From Rhodospirillales bacterium (GTDB lineage Bacteria > Pseudomonadota > Alphaproteobacteria > MPNO01 > UBA2964), in contig JAYOEY010000003.1 of the NCBI GenBank assembly GCA_038116945.1, positions 128,662 through 192,661 of the forward strand: a stretch of DNA of 64,000 bases. Direction: 5' to 3'. Under the pieces are notes generated by a model that had not been told where the DNA came from, did no database searches, and saw only the letters and a program-made list of their open reading frames with translations. Every line of letters starts with the position of its first letter. Positions within the stretch are counted from its first letter, which is position 1. The position numbers were made by a program, and so were the translations under genes. Below are positions 8,897-18,829 of the stretch, piece by piece.

Positions 8897-10054
8897 CTAT
8901 CCTCCGTATTGGCGGAGGATCTGCCGCGACAGCGCCATTTTAAGGATCTCCGTCGGCCCCTCGGTGATGATGAAGCTGCGCTGATCGCGGAAGAAGCGTT
9001 CGATCGGCAGGTCGGTGGTCAGCCCCATGCCGCCGTGGATCTGCATGCAGCGGTCGGCGGCGTGGAACCCCATCTCGTCGCCGAAATACTTGCACATATA
9101 GCTCTGGTTGCGGACGTCCTCGCCCTGATCGACCCGCCACGACGCCTCGTACACCATCAGGCGGAGCTGGTGCATGTGCTGGTACATGTCGACCAGCATG
9201 TTCTGCACCGTCTGGCGCGAGGCCAGCTTGGCCCCGAAGGTGGAGCGCTGGTTGGCATAGCTGGCAGCGAGTTCGAGACAGCGTTCGATCACGCCGACGC
9301 CGCGCGCGCCGTGGCGCAGGCGGCCTTCGGTCAGCCAGCTTTGCGCCGCCTTCATCCCGTCGCCTTCTTCGCCGACCCGGTTCTCGACCGGCACGCGCAC
9401 GTTCTCGAACAGGATTTCCCACGGGCGGTCGCCGACCATCAGCTCCTGCTGGCGCAGCAGCGTGACGCCGGGCGTACCCTTGTCGACCAGGAACACGGTC
9501 AGCCCGCCGCGCGAGCCCTTCTCGCGGTCGGTTGCGGCCACCACCTGCATGAAATCGGCATTTCCCGCCCCTGTGATGAAGCGCTTGTGGCCGTTGATGA
9601 CGTAATGATCGCCGTCCCGCACCGCGGTCGTCCGCATGCCGCCGGGATCGCCGCCGGCCTCCGGTTCGGTCTGGGCGAAGCAGTTCGTCTTTTCGCCGCT
9701 GAGCGTCGGAAAGAGATACCGCTCCTTCTGCTCGTCGTTCAAATAGTAGAGGATCGGGCTGACCCGCGGACCGAACAGCGACGCGCCGCGCGACGGCATG
9801 GCGATGGTACGCGACAGCTCTTCCCACATGACCGCCTTGGCCAGCGCGCCGAGACCGAGCCCGCCATATTCTTCGGGCACGTCGAACATCCAGAGGCCGA
9901 GCGCTTTCGCCTTCTCCTCCAGCATCGACTGCATCTCCGGCTTCATCTCGTTGCCGTCCATCGTCTCGCGTTCGATGGGAATCAGCTCGGTATCGACGAA
10001 GCGCCGAAGGTTCGCCTTGAGCATCTGCAGCTCTTCGGGAAGGTTGAAATCCAT
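8897..10054 (-). CDS. Acyl-CoA dehydrogenase
   Basis: FAQTEPEAGGD, INGHKRFIT, QIHGGMG, ITEGPTEI. Confidence 0.9.
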   Translation of the reverse strand: MDFNLPEELQMLKANLRRFVDTELIPIERETMDGNEMKPEMQSMLEEKAKALGLWMFDVPEEYGGLGLGALAKAVMWEELSRTIAMPSRGASLFGPRVSPILYYLNDEQKERYLFPTLSGEKTNCFAQTEPEAGGDPGGMRTTAVRDGDHYVINGHKRFITGAGNADFMQVVAATDREKGSRGGLTVFLVDKGTPGVTLLRQQELMVGDRPWEILFENVRVPVENRVGEEGDGMKAAQSWLTEGRLRHGARGVGVIERCLELAASYANQRSTFGAKLASRQTVQNMLVDMYQHMHQLRLMVYEASWRVDQGEDVRNQSYMCKYFGDEMGFHAADRCMQIHGGMGLTTDLPIERFFRDQRSFIITEGPTEILKMALSRQILRQYGG

Positions 10055-10087
10055 CCTTTTCGTCTCCTGCCAGTTATTTCTTTCGGG

Positions 10088-11083
10088 TCAGCCCCGGACG
10101 TCGATGACGACCCGGCCGCGGGTTTCGCCCTTGAGAATTTTTTTGCCAAGCTCCGGCAACTCCCCAAGCGTCGCCGTCACGCACAGCGCATCCAGCGCCG
10201 CGCGCGGCATGTCGGCGGCTAGCCGGGCCCAGGCTGCCCGCCGGCGAACCTGCGGGCACATCACGGAATCGATGCCGAGCAGCTTTACGCCGCGCAGCAG
10301 GAAGGGAATGACGGTCGAATCGAGCTGCGGCCCGCCGGCCAGCCCGCAGGCGGCAACGACGCCGTGATATTTCATCTGCGGCAGCATGGCGGACAGCGCG
10401 TTGCCGCCCACCGCATCGACCGCGCCGGCCCAGCGTTCGGCGAGAAGCGGCCGGTCGGGTTTTTCGTCCAGTTCGGACCGCGGCACGATCTCCGCCGCGC
10501 CGAGCGCCTTCAGCCCGTCCGCCAGGTCGGCCCGCCCGGTCGAGGCATGGACCTCGTAGCCCAGCTTCGCCAGCACCGCGACGGCGACGCCGCCGACGCC
10601 GCCATTGGCGCCGGTCACCAGGACCGGGCCTGACTCCGGCGCAATCCCGTGATCCTCCAGCTCCATCACCGCCAGCATGGCCGTGAAGCCGGCTGTGCCG
10701 AGCGTCATCGCATCCTTTTCGGAGAGACCGTCGGGCAGCGGCACCAGCCATTCCGATTTCACCCGCGCGCGCTCCGCGTACCCGCCCCAGTGAGCCTCGC
10801 CGACACGCCAGCCGGTCAGCACGACCCGGTCGCCCGGCTTGTAATCGGGAGAATCGGATTCCGTCACCGTCCCGGCAAAATCGATGCCGGGGACGTGGGG
10901 ATAATTCCGCACCAGACGGCCTATTCCGCCGAGAACCATCCCGTCCTTGTAGTTGAGCGTGGAGTGCGACACCGCGACGGTCACGTCGCCGTCGGGCAGC
11001 CTGTCTTCGGTGAGATCCTGGATCGAGGCGGAAACGCCCTTCTCCGCCTCTTCGAGCACCAGCGCCCGAAATGTCTCCGCCAT
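10088..11083 (-). CDS. acuI: AcuI/YhdH-type acrylyl-CoA reductase (MDR family)
   Basis: STLNYKDG, VPGIDFAG, GTAGFTAML, TGANGGVG, PFLLRGVKLLGIDSV. Confidence 0.85.
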   Translation of the reverse strand: MAETFRALVLEEAEKGVSASIQDLTEDRLPDGDVTVAVSHSTLNYKDGMVLGGIGRLVRNYPHVPGIDFAGTVTESDSPDYKPGDRVVLTGWRVGEAHWGGYAERARVKSEWLVPLPDGLSEKDAMTLGTAGFTAMLAVMELEDHGIAPESGPVLVTGANGGVGGVAVAVLAKLGYEVHASTGRADLADGLKALGAAEIVPRSELDEKPDRPLLAERWAGAVDAVGGNALSAMLPQMKYHGVVAACGLAGGPQLDSTVIPFLLRGVKLLGIDSVMCPQVRRRAAWARLAADMPRAALDALCVTATLGELPELGKKILKGETRGRVVIDVRG

Positions 11084-11224
11084 GCGGCGTCTCCCTGAAA
11101 GGTACCCGGTCTGTGCCGGTTTCCATCCTTTCTATCCCTCGCCCGGTGCCGTTGACAAGGGCGGGACCGGCCCCGATCATCGGCCGGAGACGACACTCAG
11201 AATAACAGTACAGGGAGCCCGCCG

Positions 11225-12382
11225 GTGCAATATCCGTTGTCAGAAGAGCATCAGATGTTCCGCGAGACCATGGAGCGTTTCGTGAACGAGGAGATGATCC
11301 CGCATGAGATGGAAACCTGCGAGAACGGCGAGCTCAAACCGGAGTGGCGGGAGAAGTTCCATGCCCGCGCCAAAGAACTCGGCATCTGGAAGATGGAAGT
11401 GCCGGAGGAATATGGCGGTGTCGGCGCGGACCTGATCTCGCTGGTCATCGTGTGGGAGCAGCTCGGCCGCACCGTTGCGGTGCCGACCCGCGGGCTCGGC
11501 GGCATCATGGGACCGCAGGTGCGCGCGCCCCTGTATGAGCTGTCCGACGAGTTGAAGGAGAAATATCTCTACCCGGTGCTGAACGGAGAGAAGACCGCCT
11601 GTTTCGCCCAGACGGAACCGGACGCCGGCGGCGACCCCGGCGGCATGCGGACCACCGCCGTGCTCAAGGGCGACAAATACATCGTCAACGGCACCAAGCG
11701 CTTCATCACCGATGCCGACGAGGCCGATTTCTGCCAGCTTCTGGCGGCCACCGACCGCGAAAAGGGTTCGCGCGGCGGCATCTCGATGTTCCTGGTCGAC
11801 ATGGACGCGCCGGGCATCAAGATCACCACCAAGTTCGAGACCATGATGGGCGACTGGCCCTGCGAGATCCATTTCGACAATGTCGAAATACCGGTCGAGC
11901 AGCGCATCGGCGAGGAAGGCCAGGGCTTCGCGCTAGGCCAGCGCTTTCTCGCCCACGGGCGTCTCAAGCACGGCGCGCGCGGCGTCGGCACGGCCCAGCG
12001 CTGCCTCGACATGATGTGCGAATACGCGCAAGCCCGCGAAACGTTCGGCCAGAAGCTCGCCAACCGGCAGGCGGTGCAGTGGATGATCACCGACACCTAT
12101 GTCGAGCTGCAGGCGTCGCGCCTGATGGTCTACAACACCGCCGACCGGGCGTCGCGCGGCGAAGTCGACCGCACCGACGGGTTCATCCAGAAGATGTACG
12201 CCGACGAGCTCGGCTTCCGCGCCGCCGACCGCTGCATGCAGGTGCATGGCGGCATCGGGCTCACCACCGACCTGCCGATAGAGCAGTTCTGGCGCCAGGC
12301 GCGCAGCTTCCGCATCACCGAGGGCCCGACCGAAATCATGAAGATGGTCATCGCCCGCAACGTGCTCAGGGAATATCGCTGA
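11225..12382 (+). CDS. Acyl-CoA dehydrogenase (close paralog of 8897-10054)
   Basis: FAQTEPDAGGDPGGMRTTAV, NGTKRFIT, QVHGGIG, ITEGPTEI. GTG start after GGGAG. Confidence 0.9.
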   Translation: MQYPLSEEHQMFRETMERFVNEEMIPHEMETCENGELKPEWREKFHARAKELGIWKMEVPEEYGGVGADLISLVIVWEQLGRTVAVPTRGLGGIMGPQVRAPLYELSDELKEKYLYPVLNGEKTACFAQTEPDAGGDPGGMRTTAVLKGDKYIVNGTKRFITDADEADFCQLLAATDREKGSRGGISMFLVDMDAPGIKITTKFETMMGDWPCEIHFDNVEIPVEQRIGEEGQGFALGQRFLAHGRLKHGARGVGTAQRCLDMMCEYAQARETFGQKLANRQAVQWMITDTYVELQASRLMVYNTADRASRGEVDRTDGFIQKMYADELGFRAADRCMQVHGGIGLTTDLPIEQFWRQARSFRITEGPTEIMKMVIARNVLREYR

Positions 12383-13010
12383 CGGGCCGCTCCAGCCGGT
12401 AAAGATAGGGCCTCTCGGCCGCTGCGGCGCTGTGGAACGCGGCGATATCGCCTGCGTTCCGCATGGTCAGCGCGATCTCGTCGAGCCCTTCCAGAAGCTG
12501 GGTGCGGCGGAATTCCGGCAGCGAAATCGGGTAGGTTTTCCCGCTCGGTGCGGTCAGAAGGTTGGCAAGAAGATCGGCGGAAAATTCGCCGCTCGTTTCG
12601 CCGGACGATGCCTCTTCGGCGAGCGACAGCACGTCCGCCTCCGGCAGCAGCACCGGCAGGACGCCGAACTTGAAGCAGTTGTTGAAAAAGATATCGCCCA
12701 CGCTGGGCGCGACCACGCACCGTATCCCGAAGGCGGACAGCGCGGTGACCGCGGCCTCGCGCGAGCTGGCGCAGCCGAAATTGGCGCCCGCGATCAGGAA
12801 CCTTGAGTCGCGGTAGCGCGGCCGGTTAAGGACGAAATCGGGGATCTCGTTCCCGTCCCCGTCGAAACGCAGCCCGAAGAACAGTTCGTCGCCGGGATGT
12901 TTATACGGTCCGGCGCTATGCGGGCGTTGCACGGAAATGACGTTGGTGGCGACGTTTTCCTCCAGATAGGGCGCCGCGGGCCCGGTCAGCATCGTAAACG
13001 GTTCGGCCAT
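12366..13010 (-). CDS. LeuD-like aconitase-family hydratase small subunit
   Basis: AGANFGCASSRE and IFFNNCFKFGVLP. Start moved to MAEPF at 13010. Confidence 0.85.
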   Translation of the reverse strand: MAEPFTMLTGPAAPYLEENVATNVISVQRPHSAGPYKHPGDELFFGLRFDGDGNEIPDFVLNRPRYRDSRFLIAGANFGCASSREAAVTALSAFGIRCVVAPSVGDIFFNNCFKFGVLPVLLPEADVLSLAEEASSGETSGEFSADLLANLLTAPSGKTYPISLPEFRRTQLLEGLDEIALTMRNAGDIAAFHSAAAAERPYLYRLERPVSDIP

Positions 13011-13014
13011 CGTT

Positions 13015-14424
13015 TCAGCCCCCCAGCCTGCGCACGTCGGCAATACGGCCCGCGACGGCCGCCGCCGCCGCCATCGGCGGGCTCGCCAGATGGGTGATCG
13101 AGCCCGGCCCCTGACGCCCCGGCAGGTTGCGGTTGATGGTGGAAACGGCGCGCATCCCCGGCTTGAGCCGCTCTGTAAAGCCGTTCCCCTGCCCGCCGCA
13201 CATGGAGCAGCCGGGGAAACCCCAGTTGAACCCGGCTTCGGTGAAGATGCGGGCCAGCCCCTCTTCTTCCGCCTGTGCGCGAATCCTCAGCGAACCCGGC
13301 ACCACCCAGCCGGTCACGCCATCGGCGATGCGGCGCCCGCGCAGCACCGCGGCCGCCTCGCGCAGATCGGAAATGCGGTTGTTGGTGCAGGAGCCGATGA
13401 ACACGAAATCGATCTTCGTGCCCTCGATCTTCTGGCCCGGTCGCAGCCCGGTATGGTCCAGCCCGGCCTGCATGGCGCGCCGTTTCTGGACGTCCGGCTC
13501 GTCGGCGGGGTCGGGCACGACACCATCGATGGGGATCGTGTCCTGCGGGCTGATCCCCCAGGTCACCTGTGGCGCAGCGCCCGACACGTCGATCGTGACA
13601 TCGCGGTCGAACGCGGCATCGGGATCGGACACCAGCTCCCGCCAGTCAGCAATTGCAGCGTCCCAGTCGGCGCCCTGCGGCGCGAAACGGCGTCCTTTCA
13701 GATACTCGAATGCGGCCTCATCGGGCGCGATGGTCGCAAAGGACGCGCCGAGCTCGACCGCCATGTTGCAGAGCGTGAAGCGGCCCTCCATCGGCATCGA
13801 CCGCACCGCCTCGCCGGCGAACTCGACCGCGCAGCCGAGACCGCCGGCCGCGCCGACCCGGCCGATGGTAAACAGCGTCAGGTCCTTGGGCGTGACGCCC
13901 GGGGCGGGTGCGCCTTCGAGGCTGATGCGCATGGTCTTCGGCTTGCGCAGGATGCTGGTCTGGGTGGCGAGGACATGGACGATCTCGCTGCCGCCGAACG
14001 CCCAGCTTATCCCACCCAGCGCGCCCACCGTGCAGACGTGGCTGTCGACGCAGGCCAGCGTGGTTCCGGGCAGCGCGATCCCCTGCTCGGCGGCGACGAT
14101 GTGGCTGATCCCCTGGTCCGGCCCGTCCACGTCGAAATGATGAAAGCCGTATTTGAGCGACGCCGCCTTCATGCCGCGCGAAAACTCGTTACTGCGGTCG
14201 TCCGGCTTTTCCAGCGCTGCCCAAAGCGCCGGCACGGTATGGTCGGACACGCCGAACGTCAGCTCGGGATGCCTCAGCGGCAGCCCCTTCGATTCGAGTT
14301 CCCTGAACCGGTTATAGGTAATCTCCGGGATCACATGCCGGTCGACAAACACCAGCGCGAACCCGCCGCCGAGATCGGCGACGACGTGCCTGTCCCATAT
14401 TTTCTCGAACAGCGTTTTGGGCAT
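13015..14424 (-). CDS. LeuC-like aconitase-family hydratase large subunit
   Basis: KTLFEKIWDRH, DSH, FIGSCTN, GCSMC (three 4Fe-4S Cys) and STINRN..GRQG. Confidence 0.9.
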   Translation of the reverse strand: MPKTLFEKIWDRHVVADLGGGFALVFVDRHVIPEITYNRFRELESKGLPLRHPELTFGVSDHTVPALWAALEKPDDRSNEFSRGMKAASLKYGFHHFDVDGPDQGISHIVAAEQGIALPGTTLACVDSHVCTVGALGGISWAFGGSEIVHVLATQTSILRKPKTMRISLEGAPAPGVTPKDLTLFTIGRVGAAGGLGCAVEFAGEAVRSMPMEGRFTLCNMAVELGASFATIAPDEAAFEYLKGRRFAPQGADWDAAIADWRELVSDPDAAFDRDVTIDVSGAAPQVTWGISPQDTIPIDGVVPDPADEPDVQKRRAMQAGLDHTGLRPGQKIEGTKIDFVFIGSCTNNRISDLREAAAVLRGRRIADGVTGWVVPGSLRIRAQAEEEGLARIFTEAGFNWGFPGCSMCGGQGNGFTERLKPGMRAVSTINRNLPGRQGPGSITHLASPPMAAAAAVAGRIADVRRLGG

Positions 14425-14745
14425 GGCTCGCTCCCCGGCAGGCTTTCCGGACCGCCGCGTCGAGGTTTCTGCGGCCCGTGATCGTGGCGCGGAACCGGCT
14501 GGCGCGCAAGCAGCACCTGGTGCGCATCGCCCCGCATGTTCCGACAGGAAAAAGCCCGCCTGCCCTCCTGAAACTCCTGGGTCATCCCCATAATTCGAGC
14601 GAAACCGGTATTAGTTCGAGCGATTGTCCCCATATATGGATTTGGGGAAACCCGACGTGAATGCGAGGCAGGAAGGCTTGCTCGAGATACATGTCGGGTG
14701 CCTGCAAAGCGCCTTCAGGGCTTCATCTTCAGGCGAGGGGCTGAC

Positions 14746-16095
14746 ATGACGTCTTCAGGAAGAACCGAACAGTGGCGTTCCCAACGGGCGTTCATTCTGG
14801 CGACGGTCGGAGCCGCGGTCGGGCTGGGCAATATCTGGCGTTTTTCCTACGTCGCGGGGGAGAACGGAGGCGCCACGTTCCTGATCGTTTATCTTCTTTG
14901 CGTAGCGGTGATTGGCCTGCCCATCGTGATTGCCGAACTCGCCGTCGGCCGCCACAGCCGCGGCGACGCGGTCGCCGCCATACGGAATATCGCCCCCGCG
15001 AAATTCTGGCAGGCAGCGGGCGCGCTCGGGGTCGCCGGTTCCTTCCTCATCATGAGTTTCTATCTGGTCATCGCCGGTTGGGCGCTCAGATATCTGGTCG
15101 GCGCCGTGGACGGTTCGCTCTAGAGAATTGCCGGCGCGGACTACGGCGGCTATTTCGAAACATTTATTGCCGGCACATACGCCCCTCTGTTCTGGCAGTT
15201 TGCGGTCATGGCCATCGGCGCAAGCGTCGTCGCCGCCGGTGTCCAGAACGGTATTGAGAAGCTCACGAGTTTCCTCATGCCGCTTCTCGCACTCATCGTG
15301 GTCGGGCTTGCGGTTTAAAGCATCAGCCAGAAAGGCGGGGCTGAAGGGCTCAAATTCATGTTCAGCCCGAAATGGGAGCTGCTTTCGAGGCCTGATATCT
15401 ATCTCGCCGCCATGGGTCAGGCATTCTTTTCTTTAAGCATAGGCATGGCGCTCTTCATTACCTACGGAAGCTACCTCGCACACGATCATTCCATCCCGAA
15501 ATCGGCGGTCTGCGTTGCCCTGGGCGACACATTGATGGCGATTGCAGCCGGACTCGCCATCTTTCCCGCCGTTTTCGCATTCAATCTCGACCCGGGCACA
15601 GGGCCGAGACTCGTATTCATAACCCTGCCGCAACTGTTTCTGTCGATGACGGCCGGGAAGATCGTCGGCGTTCTTTTCTTCTTTCTGTTATCCGCGGCGG
15701 CGATTTCCGCAAGCATATCCGGGCTCGAAGTCGTAACAGCATATGTGATCCGGAAACTGTCGGTTACCCGCCGCTGCGCCGCCTATATCGTCGGAATCGC
15801 CGTTTTCCTCGCGGGCGTCCCGGCATCTCTCGGTTACGGGATATGGCGGGACGTGCGCTGGAGAGACCGGGGTCTTCTGGAGATCATGGATTACGTCGTC
15901 TCCAACGGCGTATTGCCGATTGCCGGTCTCCTGGTTGCCCTTCTGGTCGGCTGGCGATGGGGTTCCGCCAACGCGATCAGGGAATCCGATCTGGGCGATG
16001 GGATGCTGGGCCGGTGCTGGTTATGGAGCCTGAGAATACTGACCCCGGCTCTTATCGTCCTGGTGCTGATACAGGGAATCGGCGGCAATCAGTAA
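14746..16095 (+). pseudogene. Sodium-dependent transporter (NSS/SNF family) interrupted by two in-frame stop codons
   Basis: GAAVGLGNIWRF..GENGG at the N-terminus and GQAFFSLSIG later. A single frame runs from 14746 to 16095 with TAG at 15121-15123 and TAA at 15316-15318. Confidence 0.85.
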
Positions 16096-16141
16096 AGCGC
16101 CGCCTGTGAAGACGTCTCAAGCAACGCGAGTTTCTTATCGG

Positions 16142-17902
16142 TTACCCTTCCGGCAGCCCCGCCTCACGTAGCGCTGCCGCGTAACGCTCCCGGTCCTCTT
16201 CGCGGGCGTAGGCGACCTGTCCGAAGGCGTCCCTCCTGACATTGCTTTCGGGCGCGATCTTCAGCACCTGTTCGACGATTCGCTTCGCCTCGTCGATTTC
16301 TCCCAGCCCGACATGACAGGCGGCAAGAAACCGCATGGCCGGCGCGAATTCCGGCCGTTCGCGCAACGCCCGCTTTTCGCAATCGATCCCGTTGGCATGG
16401 CGCCCGGCCGCGAAGTGTCCGATGGCGGCAAAATGCAGATAGGCGAAATTGAAGGGATCGCACGGGCTCATCCGTAGCGACAATTCCGCCGCCTCCACCG
16501 CTTCGTCGGGCTGCCCGACCAGGGCAAGGGACGCCGCCATGTTGCCATGGGCCAGCGCAAAATTTTCGTTTAGGCCAATTGCCCGGCGGTAACACGCTAT
16601 GGCATCGTCGTATTCGCTGGCGAAGCAGATGGTATAGCCCAACGCGAAATGGCCCCACGGGTCATCGCCGTCCAGCGCGATTGCCGCCTCCGCGATCCCT
16701 CGGGCGACAGCAAGCGTCGATTCAATGTCGTCGCCAAACAGCACCCGCCGCGCCTCGGCAAACGCCAGCACGGCCTGCGCCTTGGCATAGGCCGGATCGA
16801 GCGAGACCGCCTTGCGCAACAGTTCGAGCGCACTGTCATTGCCGTCCTTCGTAAGACGGCCCAGATGCCAGAGCCCGCGAATGACGCAGCCCCAGGCATC
16901 GAGACTGCCGGGCGGCACGCTCCGGAAACGGATGTTCTCGGCGGCAAGAAGCTGCGGCTCGATGGCGCCGACAACGCTGCGGGTAATTTCGTCCTGAACG
17001 TCGAAGATATCGACCGCCTGCCGATCGTACCGTTCGGCCCAAAGATGGCTGCCGGTATCGCCATCGATCAGCTGGGCCGCGATCCGCATGCGTTCACCGG
17101 CCTTTCGCACGCTGCCTTCCAGCACGTAACGAACGCCGAGTTCGCGTGCGATCCTGCGCACGTCGAGCGCCTTCCTCTTGTAGGCAAAGCTGGAATTCCG
17201 GGCGATGACAAAAAACCAGCGCAGCTTCGACAGGGCCGTGATGATGTCTTCCGCCATGCCGTCGGCGAAATAATCCTGTCCCACGTCGTCACTCAGATTG
17301 TCGAACGGCAGAATGGCAATCGACGGTTTCTCGTTCGCCTTCGCCGGTGTGGGAACGGCGGCGAAGGCGGCCCCGTCGGCCTTGACGGCGAAACACCGGA
17401 CAGGCCTCGCGATGTTCTTGACGGAAACCTCGCCCATGTCCTCCAGCGCGATGTCCAGCCTGTCACGAACCTGGTCGCGGGCGGCGCGGGAAAGACAGAT
17501 ACCGCCGGGCGCCGCAAGCCCTTCCAGACGCGCAGCCACATTGACGCCGTCGCCGAACACGTCGTCGTCCTGCACGATGACATCGCCAAGATTGATGCCG
17601 ATGCGGAATTGCAGGCGGCTGCGCTCGGACCTATCCGCGTTGCGCTTGCGCATACCGTCCTGAAACGCGATGGCGCAGCGGACGGCATCGACCACTGAGA
17701 AAAACTCGGCCAGAAGCCCGTCCCCCGTCGTCTTGACGAGCCGGCCGCGATGATCGGCGATGCAGGGTTCGATTAGTTCGGACCGATGACCGGCAAGGGC
17801 CGCAACCGTTCCTTCCTCATCCTCTCCGACGTGACGCGAATACCCCTCGACATCGGCGGCAAGAAGCGCAGCGAGGCGACGATGGGGGCTTCGATCAGTC
17901 AA
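16142..17902 (-). CDS. Class III adenylate/guanylate cyclase with TolB-like and TPR domains
   Basis: AADVEGYS, KTTGDG, FGDGVNVAARLE, PSIAILPFDNLS..YFADG and TPR-like repeats. Confidence 0.88.
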   Translation of the reverse strand: MTDRSPHRRLAALLAADVEGYSRHVGEDEEGTVAALAGHRSELIEPCIADHRGRLVKTTGDGLLAEFFSVVDAVRCAIAFQDGMRKRNADRSERSRLQFRIGINLGDVIVQDDDVFGDGVNVAARLEGLAAPGGICLSRAARDQVRDRLDIALEDMGEVSVKNIARPVRCFAVKADGAAFAAVPTPAKANEKPSIAILPFDNLSDDVGQDYFADGMAEDIITALSKLRWFFVIARNSSFAYKRKALDVRRIARELGVRYVLEGSVRKAGERMRIAAQLIDGDTGSHLWAERYDRQAVDIFDVQDEITRSVVGAIEPQLLAAENIRFRSVPPGSLDAWGCVIRGLWHLGRLTKDGNDSALELLRKAVSLDPAYAKAQAVLAFAEARRVLFGDDIESTLAVARGIAEAAIALDGDDPWGHFALGYTICFASEYDDAIACYRRAIGLNENFALAHGNMAASLALVGQPDEAVEAAELSLRMSPCDPFNFAYLHFAAIGHFAAGRHANGIDCEKRALRERPEFAPAMRFLAACHVGLGEIDEAKRIVEQVLKIAPESNVRRDAFGQVAYAREEDRERYAAALREAGLPEG

Positions 17903-17942
17903 GGTTTACTCCCGGGCCTTCGGCGTCGCCCGGACCACGACC

Positions 17943-18737
17943 TTACGTCCGATAGCTCGGGTCGATCCGGTCCATCTTGCGCATCAGCGCCGGCCAGGAC
18001 GGATGCATCTCGGTATTGCTGTTATTGGGTTTCCAGCTCTGCTCGGCCGATTTCCGCAGCACGTCTTCGGACGGAATTTCAAGCTCCGCCCCGCCGGCCA
18101 TGGCGGCGAGCTGGGACCGGCAGGCCTTTTCCAGATTGTACATCAGGTAGAACGCCTCGCCGAGATTGCGGCCCAGCGTCAGGAGGCCGTGATTGCGCAG
18201 GATCATCGCGTAGCGGTCGCCGAGATGATCGACGATCGATTCCTGCTCCTCGAGGTCGAGCACCACCCCCTCGTAATCGTGATAGGCGATACGCTCGTAG
18301 AAACGGATGGCGGCCATGCTGAGCGGCAGCAGCCCGTTCTTCTGGGCCGACACGGCCATGCCGGCCTCGGTATGGGTGTGGATCGCGCAGGTGACGTCCT
18401 TACGGGCGCGATGGATGGCGCTGTGGATCACGAACCCGGCCCGGTTGGGCTCGAAATCGCTTTCCATGACCTTGTTGCCGTCGAGATCGATCTTGAGCAG
18501 GCTCGACGCCGTGACCTCGTCATACAGCAGCCCGTACGGGTTGATCAGAAAATGCTCCTCGACGCCGGGAACGCGGAGCGAGATATGGTTGGCGATGACG
18601 TTGGTCCAGCCGAAATGATCGACGATACGGTAGGCGCAGGCGAGGTTTACCCTTGCCTCCCATTCCTCTTCGCTGACCTTGTCCCTGACAGACGGGAAAT
18701 CGAGCCTTCCCGTAAAACCGATCCCATCCGGCGCCAT
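17943..18737 (-). CDS. Class II aldolase/adducin family protein
   Basis: NHISLR, FLINPYG, GFVIHSAIH, HTHT, LRNHGLL. Start moved to MAPDG. Confidence 0.88.
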   Translation of the reverse strand: MAPDGIGFTGRLDFPSVRDKVSEEEWEARVNLACAYRIVDHFGWTNVIANHISLRVPGVEEHFLINPYGLLYDEVTASSLLKIDLDGNKVMESDFEPNRAGFVIHSAIHRARKDVTCAIHTHTEAGMAVSAQKNGLLPLSMAAIRFYERIAYHDYEGVVLDLEEQESIVDHLGDRYAMILRNHGLLTLGRNLGEAFYLMYNLEKACRSQLAAMAGGAELEIPSEDVLRKSAEQSWKPNNSNTEMHPSWPALMRKMDRIDPSYRT

Positions 18738-18792
18738 GTCATCCTCCTGACCGGCACTGCCGGCCTCTCGCCTTCCCCAACGCACAAACGAA

Positions 18793-18820
18793 GAGGGCGG
18801 CCGGTTTCATGGCCGCCCTC
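18793..18820 (-). terminator. Stem-loop, likely terminator
   Basis: GAGGGCGGCC / GGCCGCCCTC perfect 10-bp stem just downstream of the 18830 stop. Confidence 0.55.
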
Positions 18821-18829
18821 GAAACGCTT

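Noticed and set aside
14594-14623. TTCGAGCGA direct repeat with 21-bp spacing upstream of the NSS gene
   Set aside because: It could be an operator, but two 9-mers are too weak to support a call.
15121-15318. Programmed readthrough (pyrrolysine or recoding) in the NSS transporter
   Set aside because: The second stop is TAA, neighbouring genes use TAG and TAA as normal stops, and both stops are one substitution from the expected Trp/Tyr codons.
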